Of a stretch of DNA of 5,982 bases, positions 1 through 5,982 are shown piece by piece. The number at the start of each line of letters is the position of its first letter. Within the stretch, counting starts at the first letter, position 1. This DNA is from Octopus sinensis (lineage: Eukaryota): contig NW_021829413.1 in assembly GCF_006345805.1 (NCBI RefSeq), positions 1 to 5,982 of the forward strand. Direction: 5' to 3'. A model generated the notes under the pieces. It did no database searches. It saw only the letters and a list, made by a program, of their open reading frames with translations, and was not told the origin of the DNA. The translations under genes and the position numbers were made by a program.

Positions 1-27
1 TTGTAGTTAACTATATAAGCGCAAGCG

Positions 28-38
28 TGGCTGTGTGG
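28..38 (+). promoter_or_regulatory. Pol III internal promoter A box of the SINE
   Basis: TGGCTGTGTGG versus consensus TRGCNNAGYGG, 9 nt after the element start. Confidence 0.75.
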
Positions 39-70
39 TAAGGAGCTTGCTTCCCAACCAGATGGTTCCG

Positions 71-81
71 GGTTCAGTCCC
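71..81 (+). promoter_or_regulatory. Pol III internal promoter B box of the SINE
   Basis: GGTTCAGTCCC versus consensus GGTTCGANNCC, 32 nt downstream of the A box. Confidence 0.75.
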
Positions 82-185
82 ACTGCGTGGCACCTTGGGC
101 AGGTGTCTTCTGCTGTAGCCTCGGGCTGATCAAAGACTTGTGAGTGGGTTTGTTAGATGGAAACTGAAAGAAGCCCGTCGTATTT

Positions 186-229
186 GTGTTTGTGTGTGTG
201 TGTGTGTATGTATTTCTGTGTCTGTGTTT
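186..229. repeat. (GT)n microsatellite internal to the SINE
   Basis: Pure TG run at 191-207 with degenerate TG flanks. Confidence 0.9.
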
Positions 230-698
230 GTCTGCCTCCATCGCTTGACAACCGATATTGGTGTGTTTACCTTCCCGTAACTTAGCGGTTCGGCAAAAGC
301 GAACGATAGAATAAGCACTAGGCTTACAAAGAATAAGTCCTGGGGTCAATTTGTTCGACTGAAGGCGGTGCTTCAGCATGGCCGCAGTCAAATGACTGAA
401 ATAAATAAAAGAATAATAGAATGAAAGAATATGTTCATTGGCCTCAGTGTGGCCGATTATCAAAGCAACAACTTATATGGCATCAGAGAACTCGAAAGAA
501 TGCTTTTCGACCTTTGTTCGCTATCTTTAAATTCTCAGATGATATCCGTATCATCCTTTAACTTTAAGTTCCATACAATAAGCACATATCTATGAACTTG
601 CCGTATTGAGCAGCCTTTCTCTAAGAATTTCTTACCCTTACGTCTAAATCAGATCCCATATTTTCATTGCACATATTCATTTAACATACCATACTCAG

Positions 699-719
699 GT
701 TATAACACACCGCAGCCTG
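699..719 (+). other. Candidate 21-nt microexon
   Basis: CTCAG|G acceptor (AG 697-698) after a 44-nt AG-free, pyrimidine-leaning tract with TTAAC at 681-685. CTG|GTAAGT consensus donor at 720-725. Length is a multiple of 3 and two frames are open. No transcript evidence. Confidence 0.3.
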
Positions 720-878
720 GTAAGTGCAGTTTCTCGTTTAGTGTCAGTCGTTCCCATTACATTGAATATATTCTATGCAATGCATGTGCAGTTTCTAGTG
801 GTGCCATTTTTCATTTTTGCTGTTTCTCGTTTGACATCATTCCCAAAGTGTCTATTAATATCTATTGATACAGAAATT

Positions 879-1240
879 GTTTGCCCTTCCCAACATCTCT
901 CTTTCCAGATGTTTACATTCGGAGAGAAATCTTCAGGCAAGTCTTACCAGGCCAGGTCGAAGGGTAGGAGACAGAAAAAACCTTAACGACAATAAATCGA
1001 AACATCGGCAGCAGGGCGTGGATTTATTTATCGACAGGGGACCTAACAGATCAGATTCCTGGCTTTGAACTAACAGGATGTCATGCGGAGGATCTTGAAT
1101 AGAAGACAATGGAGGAAACCCTAATATTCCTAGTTAGATGGAAACTGCGAAACCACATGGAGTAGCACCCTGTGACTCCTATTCTATGCGTAACCGAAAC
1201 CCCTAATGGGGCGTCCTATGGGACGGCCAAGACATTCGGA
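879..1240 (+). mobile_element. Possible decayed 5' leader fragment of an RTE-clade LINE
   Basis: CAGGTCGAAGGGTAGGAGACAGA (953-975) and GTTTGC-nnn-TCCCAA (879-893) resemble RTE/Expander-type 5' UTR sequence as I recall it (not verified). GC-richer than the flanks. No endonuclease or RT motif follows, and the 3' boundary is a guess. Confidence 0.25.
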
Positions 1241-1945
1241 TAATTTCCCCATTCCTTTGACAGACACATCATCACTATCATTCATTTATTGTTTGACTAA
1301 TACTTCAGTTTAGCGGCACTTTCTTTCTTGAGGGTCCATCACGTCCATATCTGCCAGTTAAGCTTTGGTCTCCACATTTCAGTGAATTAGTATATCTCAG
1401 TGTATGGTCGTTTTATCATGCTTTGGTCCCTATTCGATCATTAGTTTCTCAATTAAAACAAACATTCGCCACAGTTTGCAAAATATCCATAAATCATCCA
1501 CAAGTTCACAAAACGTTCACGATGAACAAATGTTATATGAGGATGTACAGATAATGCTTACACACCTCAACTGCGTTTCTCTCGAATGCGCCAGCGTCCA
1601 TCCTTACTGGTAATCTTCCAAATCTTTACAGAATGTTCAAATAGCTGGTTGTGCCAGTCATAAATGGAAAAATAGACAAGTTTCTTAGCGTTTCTTGAAT
1701 GTCATAACGGTATTAATTCAACACCTTGGTCCGTGTTATTTCTTATCTGCTCATTTCGCTTCTGCACAAATCTATAATCATTTGGCATTGTGCATTTAAA
1801 TTAAATACTTCCAAACTCCTTCGCCGAGATATTGTCATTTGGACAAGACACAGTAATTTCATACGCAAGACCTGGATCTGTTGTCTTTTGTAAGGATGTC
1901 TGGTCGGTTTGCTCTTATCTGCCTCTCTGTACGGACTTTCATATT

Positions 1946-2095
1946 ACACACATACACACACACATACACACATACACACTTACACATACATACAAGCAAC
2001 AACAAGAACCTACTCGCACACACACAGAAACAACAAGCAGGCACACACAAACACACACACACGCACGCACGCATGAAAGAAACACATGCACACAC
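1946..2095. repeat. Degenerate (CA)n/(CATA)n microsatellite
   Basis: Core CA/CATA run at 1946-1993, further CA and CACG runs at 2016-2095. Confidence 0.9.
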
Positions 2096-2195
2096 AAAAA
2101 TATTTCATCTTTTATGTGTTTGCTTTATTTTTCTTTTATATTTTTACTTTTTTTTATATTTTGCAAACGAACAAATTCTTTTCAAACAGCAGTTG

Positions 2196-2314
2196 CAACA
2201 TCAACAATAACAACTACAAAAAATAACATCTAAATCATCATCGCCACCACTACCACCATTGCCACCAACGCCAACAACAGCAACAACAACATCTGCTACT
2301 GCTGTTGTTGTTGC
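2196..2314. repeat. Degenerate (CAA)/(CAC)/(CAT) triplet tract ending in an inverted (TTG) arm
   Basis: caacatcaacaataacaac...ccaccactaccacc...gcaacaacaaca followed by tgttgttgttgc. Confidence 0.8.
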
Positions 2315-2429
2315 AGAAAAACAATAAATCAAACCGAAGCAATAAACTTAGATTTCAAAATGCAGTTTTCTTTCTGGCAGAAATCCCAAAGCCACAGAGA
2401 AACCGTCCAAACTTTTAGTCGTTGCTGTT

Positions 2430-2473
<44 letters not shown>

Positions 2474-2740
2474 ATCATCATCATTATTAATATTTTTATT
2501 ATTATTATTGTTATTATTATCATTAGTAGTAATAGTAGTAGTATTATCATTATTATTATTATTACTATTATTATTAATACTATCATCATCATCATCATCA
2601 TCATGATCCTCATCATTGCCTTCATCATGATCATTTTCATTATTATCTTTAACATTATTTTCATCATGATCATCATGATTATCCTCATCGTCATCATCAT
2701 CATCATCATCATCATTATTATTATTATTATTATTATTATT
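2430..2740. repeat. Compound trinucleotide microsatellite (CAT)/(TAT)/(AGT)
   Basis: (CAT)14 at 2432-2473, then interleaved ATT, AGT and ATC blocks to 2740. Confidence 0.97.
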
Positions 2741-2863
2741 AATACTTTAACGCTATTAAGTCTCCGCTAAAATTCCTCGAAATTCTTTATTTCATTTTGT
2801 TACGTTTTTTTTTTTTGCTTTTTCTTTTCATTTTTGTTCCTTTTCGCCTCTGTATTCCATTTG

Positions 2864-3054
2864 TATTACTGCTGCTGTAGTTGTTGTTGTAGTTACTGTT
2901 GTTGTTGTTTGTTGTTTTGTTGTTGCAGTTGTTGCATTGTTACTTGTGCTATGTGTTGTTGTTCTGGTTGCTATTTTTATTTTTATTATTATCATCATAA
3001 TCATCATCATCCTCATCATCATCATCATCATCATCATCATTATTATTATTATCA

Positions 3055-3103
<49 letters not shown>

Positions 3104-3131
3104 CATCATTATTATTATTATTATTATTATG

Positions 3132-3177
<46 letters not shown>

Positions 3178-3207
3178 TATTATTATTACCATTGTCATTA
3201 TTATTGT
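2864..3207. repeat. Compound trinucleotide microsatellite (GTT/GCT)-(CAT)-(TAT)
   Basis: Degenerate GTT block at 2864-2970, CAT block at about 2990-3040, long near-pure TAT block at 3040-3188. Confidence 0.97.
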
Positions 3208-3289
3208 TCTGCTTTAGTTTGGATGGAAAAGAAAGTAACAGAGAAGGCAAACAGGGAAAGAGATTGAGGTCGATGGTACACGCGTGTGT

Positions 3290-3355
3290 AACACGGCGGT
3301 GGTGTGTGTTTGTGTAACGTAGTGCAATGTAGTGTGTGTGTGTGTGCGCGTGTAT
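3290..3355. repeat. Degenerate (GT)n tract
   Basis: gtgtgtgt runs at 3302-3315 and 3333-3353. Confidence 0.75.
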
Positions 3356-3569
3356 TTAATACGTAGTGTGGTTCTGGTGTAGACAGCGGTTTGGCGGTTC
3401 GGTGGAGTGTTGGGGGTTAAGGTTGGATGCAAATGGCGTGGTGTAGACAGAAGCTGGGTTCGGTTAGGGCTTGGTCTGTGTGCACCAGAATATTATTATA
3501 AAATTTTTTTAAAAAAGCAGAAACAGAGAAAGTTTTCTGTTCAACTCGCAATTGTTATTCAGCTCTACA

Positions 3570-3683
3570 TATGTACACACTAGTGTGTGCATCTGTGTAT
3601 GCGTATATATATAAATATATGTATGAATCTGCATGCCTATATATATCATTATGTGCGTATTTGCATGTAGATATATATAATAT

Positions 3684-3720
<37 letters not shown>

Positions 3721-3744
3721 GTATCTCTCTCTCTTTCATATATA

Positions 3745-3789
<45 letters not shown>

Positions 3790-3970
3790 CACACATATAT
3801 GTATGCATATGTTCCTGTATACGCATACACGTTAAAGTATGGTATGCGCGTATATATTTATATGTGAGTGGCGGGTGTTTGCATGTGCTAATTCCTTTCT
3901 ATGTAAGGGTATATATATATATGTGTATGTGTGTGTGTGTATACATGTATGTATATGTGTGGGTGTATGT
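3570..3970. repeat. (AT)n microsatellite with degenerate alternating purine-pyrimidine flanks
   Basis: (AT)n cores at 3671-3720 and 3739-3786 separated by a short (TC)n. The flanks are AT/GT/GC alternations, with (GT)n at about 3925-3940. Confidence 0.95.
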
Positions 3971-4134
3971 AAATCATGTTGATTGTATTTGTCTCCATGA
4001 ATGCAAATGGATGTGCACGTGTTTGTATCTGTGCATATGTTTGCATGCAAATTTGCGCATGCGTTCTTATTGTTGGCGACGGAGATTGTTTTAGATTTCA
4101 TCACGATTACGTTGACCACTACAAACTTGCCAAC

Positions 4135-4313
4135 GACGATGATGATGATGGTGGTGGTGATGGTGGTGGTGGTGATGACGATGACGATGATGATGATGAT
4201 GATGATAATAGTGGTGGTGGTGGTGGTGGTGGTGGTGATGACGATGATGATGATGATGACGACGACGATGATGATGATGATGATGATGATGACGACGACG
4301 ACGACGATGATGA

Positions 4314-4347
<34 letters not shown>

Positions 4348-4361
4348 GGTGGTGGTGGTGA

Positions 4362-4393
<32 letters not shown>

Positions 4394-4622
4394 TTGGTGG
4401 TGGTGGTGGTGGTGGTGGAGATCATCATGATCACGATAATGATGGCGATGATGCTCATGAGGAAGATGTGAACGGTGGTGATAATGATGACGTTGTTGAT
4501 GATGTTTATGACGGAGATAATAATGATGATGTGTATGATGGCGATGGTGCTTCTGATAATGACGACGACGATGATGATGATGGTGATGACGATGACGATG
4601 ATGACAATGATGATGATGATTA
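4135..4622. repeat. Compound trinucleotide microsatellite (GAT)/(GAC)/(GGT)
   Basis: In-phase GAT and GAC blocks with (GGT)8 at 4213-4236, (GGT)9 at 4333-4359 and a GGT block at 4381-4416; degenerate from about 4420. Confidence 0.97.
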
Positions 4623-4800
4623 TAAAAATGGCAATGATGTTAGTGTGTTTCTTGTTGGTGACGCAAATATTGTTGCAGTTCTTGTTTTTGTTGTTATTGT
4701 TTGTTCCACCAATAACCTTTGAGTTTTTGTCATTCTTGTTGCCATTGGTAACAATTATGCAGGTGTTTTTGATAGGGATACTAATATTTGTTTGGGTGGA

Positions 4801-4851
4801 TAGTAGTAGTAGTAGTAGTAGTAGGAGGAGGAGGAGGAGGAGGAGGAGAGG

Positions 4852-4889
<38 letters not shown>

Positions 4890-4919
4890 GTAGCAGAAGT
4901 AGTAGTAGTAGTAGTAGTA

Positions 4920-4949
<30 letters not shown>
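4801..4949. repeat. Compound NAG microsatellite (TAG)8(GAG)8-(CAG)6 CAA (CAG)6-(TAG)n
   Basis: Counted directly: TAG 4801-4824, GAG 4825-4848, CAG 4852-4890, TAG 4900-4917 and 4920-4949. Confidence 0.97.
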
Positions 4950-4950
<1 letters not shown>

Positions 4951-5422
4951 TGATGTAGCTATAGTTTCTCTTCTGATTTTGTTGATGTTGTTATTGTGGT
5001 TGTTTGATTCGGCCTTCTGTGGTGTTCGGATGTTTATTACATATTATGATACTGGACCAAAAAATTGTAGTTATCAGGTATTGTACCCACCCAAATACAT
5101 TACTGATATTACAATGCTCTCAGAAGTACTTCTTCAAACTCTACACACAATCAAAGATGGTGAAGTGGAGATGTTAAAAGTTTTAGTTTTCTGTAACAAT
5201 ATAATATTCCTCCGATACTTTTGATGTTTTATTCTTTTGCACTGAGGAGTAATTTAATTATAATTAATTTAATTTTTTCCATGTTTCTTACATGTTGGTG
5301 TTGCCATTCGAAACGATCGTATGCATGGATTAAAATTTTATAAAAACTTTTAACATCCTCCAGCTTTAATTGTTTGTTGAGTTTATATAGGATACGTGTT
5401 CTATAAATGTTCATAACACACT

Positions 5423-5540
5423 TTATATATATATGTGTATATGTATATATGTATATATATGTGCTGTGTGTGTATGTATGTGTGTATGTGTGTATGTATG
5501 TATGTATGTATGTATATATGCATGCATACATGTATATATT
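5423..5540. repeat. Compound (AT)/(GT)/(GTAT)n microsatellite
   Basis: AT/GTAT alternation with a (GTAT)n run at about 5492-5515. Confidence 0.93.
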
Positions 5541-5982
5541 GTGTTCTGAAATATATGTATATTGGCTTCTAACACCCGGTTCTTAGTAGCGCTAACGCCC
5601 TCGATATTAAGAACATGGCGGATCAATTAATTGGCAAAGGTTCAATATGCTAACAGATAACGTTTGTCCCATTAGCATTTTCCCATCACTATTCCATAGT
5701 TTTCTGTTTTTCTCATTTAATGTCCTCACTCAATCACCGAGGCCCAGGAAGTAGGATAATATATCGAAGAGTAGTTCTTCATCCTTGTTCTTATTTATGG
5801 AAATGGAGAGTCATTTCTATCAGCATAAAAATTTTACGGCCTGGATCAACGACCAGACGTCCCTGAAATTATTTTCTGTTGTCTCAGCAGAGCGCGCTGC
5901 CCGATATAGACACAAAAGATTATCGCGGTTAATGCTGTTAAGTTATCGCTTCTCACTACATGCGATAGGTTTTACTATGGCC

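Larger units (their letters stand above)
19..430 (+). mobile_element. tRNA-derived SINE, apparently full length (octopus-type; exact family not determined)
   Basis: Seen: Pol III A box (28-38) and B box (71-81) at tRNA-like spacing, internal (GT)n, 3' stem-loop CAGTC-aaat-GACTG (385-398), and a degenerate A-rich GAATA-like tail (398-430). From knowledge: GCACCTTGGGCAGGTGTCTT (90-109) resembles the CORE-SINE domain, and 304-360 resembles the Deu/Nin domain. The whole matches my recollection of abundant Octopus SINEs. No clear target-site duplication. Confidence 0.88.

Noticed and set aside
74-463. 129-aa and 62-aa minus-strand ORFs
   Set aside because: Antisense to the SINE, and partly translated (GT)n (THTHT); no coding signal.
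438-570. Small hairpins (GATGATA-tccg-TATCATC 538-555; TCGAAA/TTTCGA; AACTT-t-AAGTT)
   Set aside because: Short AT-rich stems at a level expected by chance, with no family resemblance.
152-1147. 15-bp exact match GTTAGATGGAAACTG at 152-166 and 1133-1147
   Set aside because: No flanking similarity. As I recall it the family consensus differs here (GGTAGACGG), so the match looks copy-specific and coincidental.
741-1613. ORFs 741-986, 865-1068 and 1404-1613
   Set aside because: Short, overlapping in different frames, no recognisable domain, no LINE endonuclease or RT motifs.
1553-1650. Minus-strand exon-like segment ending at GT|GTAAGC
   Set aside because: Acceptors are weak, and frames from the better acceptor hit stops before the donor.
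2761-2880. Long polypyrimidine, AG-free tract with T12 (2805-2816) ending at CTGTAG
   Set aside because: Leads straight into a (GTT)n repeat with no plausible donor; no retro-element body or target-site duplication supports a poly-A tail either.
3464-3469. TTAGGG telomeric hexamer
   Set aside because: Single copy; expected by chance.
1832-3867. Poly-H/I/Y/M and THTH/YIYI ORFs
   Set aside because: Pure microsatellite translations, open in several frames and on both strands.
3832-5224. 346-aa minus ORF and 156/249-aa plus ORFs
   Set aside because: Length results from phase-preserving triplet repeats. The unique C-terminal part of 4475-5224 shows no motif I recognise and lacks a good acceptor.
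1-5982. CRISPR array, tRNA/rRNA gene, prokaryotic operon or defence system
   Set aside because: No repeat-spacer periodicity, the tRNA-like part is a SINE head without a complete cloverleaf, and there is no gene-dense coding structure.

Overview
Eukaryotic, AT-rich, non-coding DNA (intron or intergenic), most likely from an octopus or related coleoid cephalopod. That assignment is inferred from the SINE sequence and the extreme density of compound microsatellites. The window opens with an apparently full-length tRNA-derived SINE (19-430, +). About 1.5 kb of unique sequence follows, containing a 21-nt microexon candidate (699-719) and a structured segment (879-990) that resembles my recollection of RTE-clade LINE 5' leaders. 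Most of 1946-5540 is di- and trinucleotide repeat. No protein-coding gene can be supported: nearly all ORFs in the track are low-complexity translations of repeats or antisense SINE. There is no CRISPR array, tRNA/rRNA gene or prokaryotic system. I cannot claim a new biological system. The best leads are the microexon candidate, the structured LINE-like leader, a cluster of four perfect octamer sites, and complementary (CAT)n/(GAT)n blocks flanking an (AT)n core.
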